Source: Thermoplasmata archaeon (lineage in GTDB: Archaea > Thermoplasmatota > Thermoplasmata > GCA-020350865). Taken from it: a DNA stretch of 64,000 bases. Below the pieces are notes generated by a model, which was given only the letters and a program-made list of their open reading frames with translations, did not search any database and had not been told where the DNA came from. The stretch is taken from positions 3,843,765 through 3,907,764 of the forward strand of contig CP070751.1 in the NCBI GenBank assembly GCA_020348445.1, read 5' to 3'. The translations under genes were made by a program, and so were the position numbers. Shown in pieces: positions 40,274 to 51,206 of the stretch; the stretch's first letter is position 1, and each line of letters starts with the position of its first letter.

Positions 40274-43021
40274 GTGAGACAACAAAAAGGTTTGACTTTT
40301 GTATTGGCTTCTTTACTTGTTACCGTGATAATCTGTTTGATACCCACAGCCCAGGCAAAGGTCACAGTACACAGCGTCACTGTTTCCACAGACAAAACCA
40401 CCTATACCATAGGTTCAGAGGCAATCGCCATGGGTGTTTTGGATTATACAGGCTCCAAAAAGGACCTACTTGGTGTAAATTTTACATGGTACTATCCCAA
40501 CGGAACCCTGGCGAAATTTGATCCTAATATCATGCCATATGGAAGTGGTACAGCTTACAGTTCCTTCTGGCCTGATACCCTTGGTAATAATTACATTGTC
40601 AATGCCACATATTCTGGTGATGTAACGATATTCGACGAAACAAGTTTTGATGTTGTGGAATCATCTCCGGGTAACGAGGTTGGTGGTCCCATTAATTCCG
40701 ACGAAACTTGGACCCTGGCGGGAAGTCCTTATATTGTCGTGGAGGATGTGTTCGTGGAGCAAGGTGTTACTTTAACTATCGAACCAGGTGTTGTAGTGGA
40801 ATTCAAGAGCCACAAATGTTTGAGGGTCAATGGTACCCTCATTGCAATTGGTGATGAAATGAATATGATCACCTTCACCTCCAACAACTCAAATCCCCAA
40901 CCAGGGGATTGGGAGGGTATAGATTTCATTGATGCAGGGGCCGATTCTGTGCTGAGTTATTGCAGGATAGAGTATTCCTTTCTCCATGCAATTTATATAT
41001 TCAATTCCTCCCCTGAAATCACGTACAACTTGATCAGAGATGTGAATCGCACAGGGATTATAGCCGAGAAGAGCTCGTCCTACATAGCCTATAACACAAT
41101 AACCGAGATCTCACATGACCTAGCTAGCAATAAGGGCATTTATTTGCAAGGGGATTGCGATACAACAATATACGGAAATGCCATATCTGATGTGCAGGAA
41201 TACGGCATAAAAATCACAAACTCGAATCCAATGATTTCTGAGAATTATATCTCAGGCAGTTATTATAACATCGATTGCCAAGATTCTGAGGCAACCATTA
41301 CAAATAATACACTTTTTGATGCCTCAATTGCTGGAATAAGATTGATGGACTGTAATAACGTGATGATTGTAAATAACAGCATTTTTGACAACGCCCGAAA
41401 AGGTATCGAATGTATAAGATCATCGCCAAAAATATTTAATAATCATATCTCACACAACGGAGATTCTGGAATCGATGAAGCGGGCATATATTTCTTTATG
41501 TCTGAAAATGTAGAGATTTTAAACAATATATTAGAGGGGAATAGATATGGGCTTTATGCAAAAGATCTGAGTGACTCCATAATATCCCAAAATAAGTTCT
41601 ACAACTGCACAAAAGACGGAATTTATGTAAAGGATTCATATAAACTCGATATTTTAGAAAACATAATAATGTGGGGTGAAAACGGAGTTCATTTAATCGA
41701 TTCCAGAGATTTCATCCTTATAGCCAATACCGTCTCCGATAGCACTGAAAAAGCTCTATTCATTTACAACATAACAGACTTTTCAATTGTGCAGAATATT
41801 TTGACTTCAAATAAATATGGAACCTATATGCACTCCTCAACAGGTACCATGACGAACAGCACGATTTTGAATGGTATTGAAAGAGATATATATCTGATTC
41901 AAAATTCCAAACTATTAAGTATAAACTCAACGTTCGGAAAAGAAAAAGTCCAAGTTTCAGGTGGTTGCGAGTTTATAGTTATGAACTATCTGCATGTGTT
42001 CGTACAAAATGAGAGTTACATGCCCTTTCAAGAAACAGATGTGACCATAAAGGACAACGAAAAAGTTGTATATTCAACCCAAACTGATAGCGAGGGTTTA
42101 TGCAGGTTTCTGCTTTTGACTGATAGAATTTACCATGGCAGTAATACACCCACAGAAAATATTACTAATGTTGAGGTTGAAAACGGCAGTGTCTATTTAC
42201 TTAACAACCCAAGGGAAGTGGACATGTCGTACTCTCATACAGAGGTGTTCTGTCCAGGCAATCCATTGTCTATCTCTATTAACAATCCCAGACATGCCTC
42301 CTTAGTTTTTGATAGCCTCAACATCACGGGCACTGCTTTTAGCATGGGTGGCGAGATAGTCAAGGTGGAGGTGAATGTGGATACAGGAGAATGGTTATCT
42401 GCAACTCAGATAAATGGACAATGGTCACAATGGAAATTTGAACTGGATACTCGAGGGCTTTTTGATGGCCCCCATATCATCTCAGCTAGGGTTTCTACAC
42501 TTTATCATAAAAAAGAAGTTTACGTTCAGGTTTTGGTGGACAATATAGGAAACAAACCCCCTTTGGTTAATATAACCTCCCATAATTCCAGTGATGCTGT
42601 CAAGAATACCACCACCTTGGAAGGCACGAGCTTTGATTATGATGGCGATGTTGTCTCTGTAGAAGTCAGAATAGACAACGGAAGTTGGATTACAGCCAAT
42701 AATCCCGAAGGCGATTGGTCCAAATGGAGTATTGAGATAAATACAAGAAACTATACCAACGGAGAACACAACATAACAGTTATGGTGATCGATAATGCAA
42801 CCGAAGCCACGGCTATAGATATTGTACTTATCTTCGATAATGAAGACACTGATGAAATAGATGATGGAGAAGATGGGGGTGAGGGAGATGGTGCTGATAG
42901 CGGATTTGGTTTGGAGAGGATACCTTGGAAAATATGTATAATTTGGATTGTTGTAATATTTATAATTTTGATGGCATTCTTTAAAAATGTACGAGATAAA
43001 AAGAAAAGAAAGAAGAAATAG
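40274..43021 (+). CDS. Secreted beta-helix surface protein with Ig-like domains and C-terminal TM anchor
   Basis: Signal peptide, WTLAGSPYIV-LTIEPGV motif, PbH1 repeats, two VEVxVDxGxW-WxxWxxExDT Ig domains, TM plus poly-K tail. Confidence 0.85.
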   Translation: MRQQKGLTFVLASLLVTVIICLIPTAQAKVTVHSVTVSTDKTTYTIGSEAIAMGVLDYTGSKKDLLGVNFTWYYPNGTLAKFDPNIMPYGSGTAYSSFWPDTLGNNYIVNATYSGDVTIFDETSFDVVESSPGNEVGGPINSDETWTLAGSPYIVVEDVFVEQGVTLTIEPGVVVEFKSHKCLRVNGTLIAIGDEMNMITFTSNNSNPQPGDWEGIDFIDAGADSVLSYCRIEYSFLHAIYIFNSSPEITYNLIRDVNRTGIIAEKSSSYIAYNTITEISHDLASNKGIYLQGDCDTTIYGNAISDVQEYGIKITNSNPMISENYISGSYYNIDCQDSEATITNNTLFDASIAGIRLMDCNNVMIVNNSIFDNARKGIECIRSSPKIFNNHISHNGDSGIDEAGIYFFMSENVEILNNILEGNRYGLYAKDLSDSIISQNKFYNCTKDGIYVKDSYKLDILENIIMWGENGVHLIDSRDFILIANTVSDSTEKALFIYNITDFSIVQNILTSNKYGTYMHSSTGTMTNSTILNGIERDIYLIQNSKLLSINSTFGKEKVQVSGGCEFIVMNYLHVFVQNESYMPFQETDVTIKDNEKVVYSTQTDSEGLCRFLLLTDRIYHGSNTPTENITNVEVENGSVYLLNNPREVDMSYSHTEVFCPGNPLSISINNPRHASLVFDSLNITGTAFSMGGEIVKVEVNVDTGEWLSATQINGQWSQWKFELDTRGLFDGPHIISARVSTLYHKKEVYVQVLVDNIGNKPPLVNITSHNSSDAVKNTTTLEGTSFDYDGDVVSVEVRIDNGSWITANNPEGDWSKWSIEINTRNYTNGEHNITVMVIDNATEATAIDIVLIFDNEDTDEIDDGEDGGEGDGADSGFGLERIPWKICIIWIVVIFIILMAFFKNVRDKKKRKKK

Positions 43022-43112
43022 TTTTATGCTTGGTATTTCACCATAACCATTACTCGTTAGCCCCCATATCAAAATATCCCAGGTCTAAACATTACATTAT
43101 GCTGCCCAAAAT

Positions 43113-45047
43113 CTATACCCCATTTTTTATGGATCCAAAAAATTCGTTACAATCATTGATTATATTCAAGCTCAGCTTTAGGTCTGGAATATAATCCTTA
43201 AAATGGCTGGCTCTTTTATCAAGAATTACAGCAACACCCCTATCCTCTTGATCCCTGATGAGCCTCCCTATGGTTTGCAAAAGCCTTCTTGTGGTTGGGG
43301 CCTTCACTGCGTATTCCCAACCCTTGCCAAACTTTCTATCATAGAATATCTCCTGCGCCCTTTGCTTGGCCGAGGGTTTGGGATAGGGTATACCCACCAC
43401 TACCAAAATTTCCATCTGCTCTGCTGGATAATCCATTCCCTCGCTGAGTCTGCCCCCTACAACAGATAAAAGAGTCGCCCCATAATCAGAACCTGATTTG
43501 AAACCCTCCGCTACATCCATTACCTCGGCCTGGGTCATACCCTGCTGCTCCACGTAACATCTTTTATCAAGGCAAAACTGTAATCCATTGGCAAGAAATA
43601 GGTTCATCAATCGAAAACTAGGAAAAAAGAACGCTGTGTTTCTTTTGAATTCCTTGCTTAAATCGACGAGGTAATCACCCATTCTCGGAATAAGGGATGA
43701 ATCCTTTGTCATATCCTCGAATCTTGTTGTGACATCATCTAAGTACAATACTATCCTATTTTCCTTTGGAAAAGGTGAGGGGAAAGTGGCTAGAAGGGAA
43801 TTTGAAGGAAGCCCTATTGTATCCCTGAACTCCTCCAAAGGTGAAAGTGTTCCTGACATATGAACAGAAGAATGACATAAAAGTAGGGCTTCTGTGGCTA
43901 CAGCGGGCTCTAGGCAGTATATCTCAAGCTTCGTTTTTTCGTGGTTATGAATCAACTTCACAAAGTTCTCGTCCTGCTGATCCATCCAGAATAATAAAAA
44001 ATTCCCAACTGAATTGATGTAGGATCGTGGTAGAACACCATCTTTTAACCTCACATCCTTTATGATTTCACCATGGATAACAAGGTCGCTTGCCATGGCC
44101 TTTATCTTCCTGCTGGTGGTATTGTAGGCCTGCATCAACTCGGAAAGAAACTCTCCTGGGGGAATGAAGGCATCTGCATCTTCTTCTTGTAGGTATTCCC
44201 TTTTAAGTTCCAATATGACCTCCTCTATCTTTCCCATCAAATCTGCTATAAAAATGCCGTTAGAGGTGCGCAAATTTCCAAACTCGTGAGCCTCCTTTTT
44301 TGCATTCTCAAGGGTTTGAATCCCCAGTTCCATTGATTCCAGCTCCCTTGCATAATCAGGGAGGTTGTGCGCCTCGTCAACTATCAGTATCATATCAGAA
44401 AGCCCGCAGCCCATCCATTCCAGAATACGCTGTCTTATAAAATGATTGAAAAAATAGATATATGGAGCCGTAACCAAAGTCGCATCACTGAGCATAGATT
44501 TATTAGCCTCGTAGGGGCAGAACCCGAGCTCTTTGCATCTGATGGTGAACTCTTCCACAGTTGGAAGCTCCTTTTTGGCCCAGTCTCTTATAGTTGATAT
44601 ATCCCCAGTGCATACCTTTGCATAATATCTGCAGGATTTTGGGGGCGAACCTTGGGAAATGGATTTTAAAACCTCCATCTTCTTCTTACCACAAACCTTT
44701 GAGAGCTCGTCCGAAGAGCCCTTCGCGAACTTAGAATCCTGTGCAAGCAACGGGCACATCTGATGTCTTCCCTGAACGCCCAGACCAATAATTTCCTTCT
44801 TGGAATTGATCTTCCTGAGCTCGATGATGACCTGTTGCTGTTGGGAATTTGTCCTGGTGAGATAAAGCACCTTCTTGTCATGCTCCAATGCGTATTCCAA
44901 TGTTGGTGTTAGGGCACAAATGGTCTTGCCTGTGCCAGTGCCTGATTCAAGTACAAGATGCAATTTCCCTTCCACAGCCTGATCTATGAGCTTTAGGATC
45001 TCAGGCTGGTTCTTTCTGAACTCGTATGGAAATAAAGAATGGGCCAT
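43113..45047 (-). CDS. xpd: XPD/Rad3 Fe-S DNA helicase
   Basis: ESGTGTGKT, Fe-S cysteines, IVDEAHNL, SGTLSP, GRLSEGMD, QTIGRLIR. Confidence 0.9.
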   Translation of the reverse strand: MAHSLFPYEFRKNQPEILKLIDQAVEGKLHLVLESGTGTGKTICALTPTLEYALEHDKKVLYLTRTNSQQQQVIIELRKINSKKEIIGLGVQGRHQMCPLLAQDSKFAKGSSDELSKVCGKKKMEVLKSISQGSPPKSCRYYAKVCTGDISTIRDWAKKELPTVEEFTIRCKELGFCPYEANKSMLSDATLVTAPYIYFFNHFIRQRILEWMGCGLSDMILIVDEAHNLPDYARELESMELGIQTLENAKKEAHEFGNLRTSNGIFIADLMGKIEEVILELKREYLQEEDADAFIPPGEFLSELMQAYNTTSRKIKAMASDLVIHGEIIKDVRLKDGVLPRSYINSVGNFLLFWMDQQDENFVKLIHNHEKTKLEIYCLEPAVATEALLLCHSSVHMSGTLSPLEEFRDTIGLPSNSLLATFPSPFPKENRIVLYLDDVTTRFEDMTKDSSLIPRMGDYLVDLSKEFKRNTAFFFPSFRLMNLFLANGLQFCLDKRCYVEQQGMTQAEVMDVAEGFKSGSDYGATLLSVVGGRLSEGMDYPAEQMEILVVVGIPYPKPSAKQRAQEIFYDRKFGKGWEYAVKAPTTRRLLQTIGRLIRDQEDRGVAVILDKRASHFKDYIPDLKLSLNIINDCNEFFGSIKNGV

Positions 45048-45079
45048 ATGGGTGAATCAGAAGATGTGGATAAAAAAGT

Positions 45080-45508
45080 TTACTCTTCCTCTTCATTATT
45101 CCTTTTCCATATATCCTCAGGTATCTCAGAGTACACGAGGCTCTCTTCTGCCGCCTCTCTGCGCTCCTTCTCCTCCGCAGCTTCCACAAGCTCCCTGATC
45201 TTCTCCTTTCTAAACAGCCAGTAATGTATTCTCCATTCCCTTCCATCATAGAGAGTGGTCTCTTCCCTTTCCGTGGTGAGAAGACCTGAGTCCTCAAGCA
45301 TGTAGAAAGCGTCCCTATCCTCAGGTTCCAACACATTGTCTATGATCCTGTCACTGTAACCAAAGAAGTTCAAAACGTGGTTTGCCATGGCCCTCGCAGC
45401 CTTGGTCTCCATGCCGCTCTTGTCTATGCTGTTCTTTATCGCCTTGGTCAGGTCGTCCACTGTCAAAGTGTCGCCTGGTTCTTTCTTGAGTTTTGTCATA
45501 TATGCCAT
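45080..45508 (-). CDS. Conserved Thermoplasmata protein (DUF6015-like)
   Basis: FFGYSDRIIDNVLEPEDRDAFYMLEDSGLL-EWRIHYW; family recalled from memory, not searched. Confidence 0.65.
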   Translation of the reverse strand: MAYMTKLKKEPGDTLTVDDLTKAIKNSIDKSGMETKAARAMANHVLNFFGYSDRIIDNVLEPEDRDAFYMLEDSGLLTTEREETTLYDGREWRIHYWLFRKEKIRELVEAAEEKERREAAEESLVYSEIPEDIWKRNNEEEE

Positions 45509-45633
45509 TTCAACAGCTCCTTACCCCACATATCAAACGTCGGTTATTTATATCACGCAACAGATATTACTAACTAGGTGTATTTATAGTTTTCGCGATG
45601 GGACTCACGGTTTTCGAAATATGAAATCTGTAT

Positions 45634-46374
45634 TTATCCTTTTTTTCCCATCCTATTTAGGATTTTCTCCAAATTATCGCTATTATTAAAGTCTGCGATC
45701 CCACTCTTCATCATATCTTCGCTTTCTTCTTTTTTTCTTATTTCTTCTATATATGATATCATCTTCGGCAGGGCTCTGACAACATCATCCACTACTGTAA
45801 CATCTGCAGCCTTGGAAGTCCTTGAGAGGGGATTTAGGTCCACAGCGATTATCGTTTTTCCCATTTTCTTAAGAGCAGAAGCCCTGTCTCCATCCTCCAA
45901 GGGTATTATAATCACATCGGCCTCTATGGTGCCTTCCTTGGTGCACAACGCCCTCTTATGGTCCAAACCCGGGATCTCGGCATCGGGATTTTCTCCCAGA
46001 ATCTCTTTTGCACCATGATCTCTAAGAAGGTCAGCTATTTTCTTTACCCGCTCTTCATTCCTGTAAAAGAGGTTTATTTCCAGTTTTGCAGGAATGATTT
46101 CTGATAGTTTTATCATATCATCAGGAACTAAAACAGCAGTGTTACCATTAACAGATACCACGGGATTTTTTGCTAAAAGCAGATGGTATGCCGCGATTTT
46201 TTCCGCTAAATCCGCCTCTAAAACCGTTTTTTCACCTAAAAGGTAATCAAAGGCCTCACCACGGCCGTGGGCAATCAAACCTGCTTCTGCCACAATACCC
46301 ATCTTCATGCCTTCTATGATCTTTTCCCTCTTCATAAGGGACTCGTATCTTGGATGGGTTTTTGGAATTTGCAT
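45634..46374 (-). CDS. 4-phosphopantoate--beta-alanine ligase (archaeal pantothenate synthetase)
   Basis: IPKTHPRYESL, GLIAHGRGEAFDYLLGE, SVNGNTA, PLEDGDR, DLNPLSRT. Confidence 0.92.
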   Translation of the reverse strand: MQIPKTHPRYESLMKREKIIEGMKMGIVAEAGLIAHGRGEAFDYLLGEKTVLEADLAEKIAAYHLLLAKNPVVSVNGNTAVLVPDDMIKLSEIIPAKLEINLFYRNEERVKKIADLLRDHGAKEILGENPDAEIPGLDHKRALCTKEGTIEADVIIIPLEDGDRASALKKMGKTIIAVDLNPLSRTSKAADVTVVDDVVRALPKMISYIEEIRKKEESEDMMKSGIADFNNSDNLEKILNRMGKKG

Positions 46375-46435
46375 AATAAGGTGATTGTCATAGCATAAAT
46401 TAATGCTTTTTTATCAGGAATTATTCTAGAAACAC

Positions 46436-47428
46436 CTATACATTCCAAACGTACTCGATTCCACCTGCGATCCGGAGGTGCATATATGCCTCACCGTAAA
46501 GTGTTATAGTTAAACTCAATTCATCGGAATTACAGGCAATTATACCAAGAGAGCTTTCATACGTATTTGAACTAAAGGACCGCTCTGTACCTCCCTGGGG
46601 TGTTATGGGGTCTCTTATTATCAGTGCTCCTCCTGAGTTATCTTCAGTTTTTATTTCAAAATGGTAGATCCAAGAGTCGAAAGCTCCCCATTCAGGGTGG
46701 CCTTCTATGTGGCTTTTATAAGTTTCAGAATAAGGTGAATTATAGAGTTGACCAATAATATCATAGCCACGAACAAAGTACACATTACCTGCAAACCCTT
46801 TGTTATGCGTAACTAAGGTCATCTCAAGCTGCGGAATTCCAGAGGAATCTTCAAAGACAAGAGAGTTTATCCATTTAGCAGAGTCGTCATATGAATAAAT
46901 GAGTTTCTCACCAGTTGGAGCAGTGGCTTTGATATTCACCAGGATTGTATTCCCACTTTCAGGTAAATCGACATTTTTAATGGAGGTGACCTTGGCGCTA
47001 AATCCCTCAATTTTAAACAATGAGAAGCTCCATTCCTTGTTTTTCTTTAACGGAAATGAGAATAATGGTTGTGGTATCCCCTGCTCGTATATTGATAAAT
47101 CCTCGATCGTAATTCTTCCCAGCATGGGATTGTAATTCAAAACTGCATGGCGTTGTGCATCTTGCAGAGTTGCTACACCCACCAAGTAATTATCTTCCTC
47201 CTCGGAAGCCACCACCATCTGAGATATGGCATCCTCAATATCTGGAGTTTTAAAAGAATATTTCCAGTATTTCCCTGGTATCCAGGTAGGGGCAGAGATT
47301 TCATCGGGAATGGAGGATTGTTCAGAGAGCTCCACATATCCTGCAAGTAGGGCAGCCCCGAGAACGAATCCTATAATAAATATACCTATAAGGGTTAATA
47401 TTGAGACTGACATCTTCTCTTTTAAGTT
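46436..47428 (-). CDS. Membrane-anchored/secreted hypothetical protein
   Basis: N-terminal hydrophobic helix, beta-rich body; start uncertain. Confidence 0.65.
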   Translation of the reverse strand, partial: NLKEKMSVSILTLIGIFIIGFVLGAALLAGYVELSEQSSIPDEISAPTWIPGKYWKYSFKTPDIEDAISQMVVASEEEDNYLVGVATLQDAQRHAVLNYNPMLGRITIEDLSIYEQGIPQPLFSFPLKKNKEWSFSLFKIEGFSAKVTSIKNVDLPESGNTILVNIKATAPTGEKLIYSYDDSAKWINSLVFEDSSGIPQLEMTLVTHNKGFAGNVYFVRGYDIIGQLYNSPYSETYKSHIEGHPEWGAFDSWIYHFEIKTEDNSGGALIIRDPITPQGGTERSFSSNTYESSLGIIACNSDELSLTITLYGEAYMHLRIAGGIEYVWNV

Positions 47429-47547
47429 CATTGCCCTCAACCGCAAAACACCTATTTGTTGTGCTTAATTATAAATGTTTCCATTTCCTGGTAAACCCCC
47501 CGCTTTCTCGCATAAATTACATAAACTAGAAAGCTATTATCCCAATA

Positions 47548-48615
47548 ATGGTTGCGGAGAACGAGGTTTCAAATTGGCTTACGGAATATGACAGAGATGA
47601 GCTGGTAATCGCCACGTTGTGTTCCCATACAAGCCTTCAGATTTTTGATGGTGCTAAAAAAGAGGGTTTCAAGACCCTTGGCATTTCCGTGGGCCCACCT
47701 GCTAAATTCTACGATGCCTTTCCAAAGGGAAAACCTGATGAATTTTTTGTTGTGGATAATCATTCGGACATCCCGGAAAAAGCCGAAGACTTGCGCCAAA
47801 GAAATGTGATATTAATTCCCCATGGCTCCTTTGTTGAGTACCTTGGCCCAGACAACTTTGAGAAACTCCAAGTACCGACCTTCGGGAACAGAAAAGTCCT
47901 GCGATGGGAATCCTCAAGGATCAAGGAAAGGGAGTGGCTAGAAAGTGCGGGAATAGAAATGCCTCAATTGTTCAAAGAACCAGAACAAATCGACAGGCCT
48001 GTTGTGGTTAAGTTCGATGGAGCAAAGGGAGGCAGGGGTTTTTTCATAGTAAAGAATTATAGGGAATTTGAAAAGGTGAATCCCACACAAAGATACACCA
48101 TACAGGAGTACGTCCTTGGCACCAGATATTATCTTCATTATTTTTACTCTCCAATAAAAGAGGATGGCTACAAGCTCTCAAAAGGTATATTGGAGCTATT
48201 GAGTATCGACAGACGTGACGAGACCAACATCGATGAAATGTATAAATTGGGTTCACAAGAGGAATTAAAAAAACTGAGTATTTATCCAAGTTTTGTCGTT
48301 ACTGGGAATGTTCCATTGACAATACGGGAATCACTTTTGGCTGAAGTCTTCGACATGGGGGAAAAGGTCGTTGAAAAATCCTTTGAGCTTTTTGGAGGCA
48401 TAATTGGACCTTTTTGTCTCGAAACAATTGTGAACGATGAGCTTCAGTTCAAGGTTTTCGAGGTCTCGGCCAGAATAGTCGCAGGTACGAATCCTTTTAT
48501 CTCCGGCTCACCATACTCCGAGTTTTTAGAGTCAAATCTCTCCACAGGCAGAAGAATTGCCCAGGAGATAAATATGGCCAATGAAATGGACAGGCTCGAT
48601 GAAATACTTAGCTGA
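47548..48615 (+). CDS. purP: Archaeal FAICAR synthetase PurP (formate + ATP dependent)
   Basis: TLCSHTSLQI, PHGSFVEY, GAKGGRG, EVSARIVAGTN, STGRRIA. Confidence 0.93.
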   Translation: MVAENEVSNWLTEYDRDELVIATLCSHTSLQIFDGAKKEGFKTLGISVGPPAKFYDAFPKGKPDEFFVVDNHSDIPEKAEDLRQRNVILIPHGSFVEYLGPDNFEKLQVPTFGNRKVLRWESSRIKEREWLESAGIEMPQLFKEPEQIDRPVVVKFDGAKGGRGFFIVKNYREFEKVNPTQRYTIQEYVLGTRYYLHYFYSPIKEDGYKLSKGILELLSIDRRDETNIDEMYKLGSQEELKKLSIYPSFVVTGNVPLTIRESLLAEVFDMGEKVVEKSFELFGGIIGPFCLETIVNDELQFKVFEVSARIVAGTNPFISGSPYSEFLESNLSTGRRIAQEINMANEMDRLDEILS

Positions 48616-48629
48616 TTTTTATTTTGGTA

Positions 48630-50195
48630 TCAATGTTTAAAGAGCCTTATTCCCGAAAACACCATGGACATACCGTGCTCGTTGGCTGCCGCAATAACCT
48701 CATCGTCCCGAACAGATCCTCCTGGCTGGATTATTGCAGCTACTCCGAACTTCGCTGCTGCGTCCACACCATCCCTGAACGGGAAAAATGCATCCGAGGC
48801 CATAACACTACCCTTGGCCTTCTCTCCTGCCTTGCGGGCAGCTATCATTGAAGCATCCACTCTACTCATTTGGCCTGCACCAATTCCCACTGTCTGCTCA
48901 CCTTGAGCTAGTAAAATGGAGTTTGACTTCACATGCTTCAGAACCTTGCAGGCGAAAACCATGGTTTTCAGCTCCGCCTCCGTGGGTTTCTTATCTGTAA
49001 CTACCTTCAAGCTCCTTGGATTGATTTCGGGGAAATCCCCTGTCTGAATCAAAAGACCGCCCTTGACCTTCATCATCTTGTGTTCTACAGGTGATTCTCT
49101 TTTAATAGGAACACCGGTTTTTAGCAGTCTTATGCTTTTTTTCTTAGATAGCAGATCCAGTGCATCTTTGTCAAATTCAGGGGCAATTACAGCTTCTACA
49201 AAGTGTTTCTTGATCTCTTCTGCCGTGGCCAAATCACAATCTCTGTTCAGACCTACTACACTGCCGAAAGCAGAAAGAGAATCTGCAGCTTCACCAATAC
49301 TATAAGCCTCAGAAATTGTATCAGCACTGGCGACACCACAAGGATTCGTGTGCTTTATTACAGATGCAGTGGGTCTATCAAAGTCCATAACGATATCTAA
49401 TGCTGAATCCAAATCGATGATATTGTTGAAGGATAGATCCTTTCCATGGAGCTTGATGGCGTTGCCAACACAAACTCCCGAAAATCTCGTGTTCATATAA
49501 AACGCAGCCTGTTGATGCGGATTTTCTCCATATCTAAGGTCCAACGCCTTTTCATATCCCAAACCTATTACATCTGGGAAGGGCTTTGAAGGTGTGAATT
49601 TCTTGTGGAGAAAGTCAGAAATCACACTGTCGTATTTTGCAGTGTGTTCAAAGGCTTCCAATGCCAGCTTGGAGGAGAAATCAGATGATATCCCTCCACC
49701 GTTAGTTTTCAGTTCCTGTAGTATATCATCATATCTTTCTGGATTTACAACAACAGCCACACCGTTGTGGTTTTTTGCAGCAGAGCGTATCATGGTGGGG
49801 CCACCGATATCTATGTTCTCAATGGCCTCATCTATGCTTACATCTTTTTTCTTAATGGTAGCCTCGAAAGGATAGAGATTAACGATCACCATGTCAATTG
49901 GCGTTATGCCATGCTCCTTTAATTGGGTCATATGTCTCTCAGAATCTCTAATGGCAAGTATACCCCCGTGGACTTTGGGGTGGAGCGTTTTTACCCTTCC
50001 ATTCAGCATCTCTGGGAACTTGGTATACTCTGATACAAGTTTAACGGGAACTCCATTTTCCTTAAGCAGTTTTGCTGTTCCACCTGTTGAAAGAATTTCC
50101 ACTTTAAGATCTGCAAGACCTCTTGCGAATTCCACAATACCCTGCTTGTCCGATACGCTAATTAATGCTCGATTTATCTTGATCAAGTTTCTCAC
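48630..50195 (-). CDS. purH: Bifunctional AICAR formyltransferase / IMP cyclohydrolase
   Basis: ALISVSDK, STGGT, GRVKTLHP, IDIGGP, LRYGENPHQ, KHTNPCG, GQMSRVD, ASDAFFPF. Confidence 0.96.
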   Translation of the reverse strand: MRNLIKINRALISVSDKQGIVEFARGLADLKVEILSTGGTAKLLKENGVPVKLVSEYTKFPEMLNGRVKTLHPKVHGGILAIRDSERHMTQLKEHGITPIDMVIVNLYPFEATIKKKDVSIDEAIENIDIGGPTMIRSAAKNHNGVAVVVNPERYDDILQELKTNGGGISSDFSSKLALEAFEHTAKYDSVISDFLHKKFTPSKPFPDVIGLGYEKALDLRYGENPHQQAAFYMNTRFSGVCVGNAIKLHGKDLSFNNIIDLDSALDIVMDFDRPTASVIKHTNPCGVASADTISEAYSIGEAADSLSAFGSVVGLNRDCDLATAEEIKKHFVEAVIAPEFDKDALDLLSKKKSIRLLKTGVPIKRESPVEHKMMKVKGGLLIQTGDFPEINPRSLKVVTDKKPTEAELKTMVFACKVLKHVKSNSILLAQGEQTVGIGAGQMSRVDASMIAARKAGEKAKGSVMASDAFFPFRDGVDAAAKFGVAAIIQPGGSVRDDEVIAAANEHGMSMVFSGIRLFKH

Positions 50196-50359
50196 TTCCC
50201 TTTGATTTTACCCCCCTTATCTGGGCGTGTAGGGTAATGATTTGTAATTAAAAAAACTTGTCGTTGATTTAATATATATATTCAGATTAAACTAAGCATC
50301 CTCGCCGAAGCCTATTTAAATATAAAAGCCATTAGCGTGACCCAAGGAGAGGAGAAAAA

Positions 50360-51136
50360 ATGATCGTGATAAGCGAACGCATCAACGGATTGTTCAAGTC
50401 CGTTGGCAAAGCCATTGATGGTAGAGATGCAAACGCCATACAACAACTGGCATTGGACCAGGTAAAGAAAGGAGCCGATATATTAGATTTGAATACCGGA
50501 CCAGGCATGGATAATGAGCCTGAGGTTATGGAATGGCTCGTGAAAACTATTCAGGATGTAACGGATGTCCAGCTTTCCATTGATACCCCAAAACCCGAAG
50601 CCATGGAGGCTGGACTTAAGGCCGTGAACAAGAAAGCCATGCTGAATTCTACTACAGCGGAGCAGAAAAGGATGGAGGCCCTTTTTCCGCTTGCCAAGGA
50701 GTATGATGCCGAGATAGTATGCCTGACATTGGATGAGAAGGGCATTCCCAACGATGCAATGAGGAGAAACGAGCTTGCCATGCTCATGATTACCCAGGCC
50801 ATGGAATACGACATTTCAGTTGAGAATATCTACCTCGATCCGTTGATTCTTCCTGTGGGTGCGGCACAGAATCAGGGTCCTGCTGTAATCGAGGCAATAA
50901 ACATGTTCAAGATGCTATCTGATCCCACACCCAAAACAGTTGTAGGATTGAGCAATATTTCCAATGGAGCAAAGCAAAGATCTCTTTTAAATAGGACTTA
51001 TTTGGCCATGTTAATGGGTGCCGGTCTTACCGCTGCAATCATGGATCCAAATGACCTGGATTTGATGCATATAGCAAAAACTGGAGATATATTACTAAAC
51101 AAGAAACTTTATGCCCATGATTATCTCCAGGTTTAG
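50360..51136 (+). CDS. acsE: Methyl-THF:corrinoid protein methyltransferase (AcsE/MeTr-like pterin-binding barrel)
   Basis: ISERING, DLNTG, SIDT, LNST, YLDPL, GLSNIS, IMDP motifs; TTTAAATA box at about 50315. Confidence 0.8.
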   Translation: MIVISERINGLFKSVGKAIDGRDANAIQQLALDQVKKGADILDLNTGPGMDNEPEVMEWLVKTIQDVTDVQLSIDTPKPEAMEAGLKAVNKKAMLNSTTAEQKRMEALFPLAKEYDAEIVCLTLDEKGIPNDAMRRNELAMLMITQAMEYDISVENIYLDPLILPVGAAQNQGPAVIEAINMFKMLSDPTPKTVVGLSNISNGAKQRSLLNRTYLAMLMGAGLTAAIMDPNDLDLMHIAKTGDILLNKKLYAHDYLQV

Positions 51137-51206
51137 TGGGAAGGCCAAATCTCCCTTTCTTTGTTTTTCTTTTTATATTTTTTTCAGAGCAGTTGAACCT
51201 TTACAA

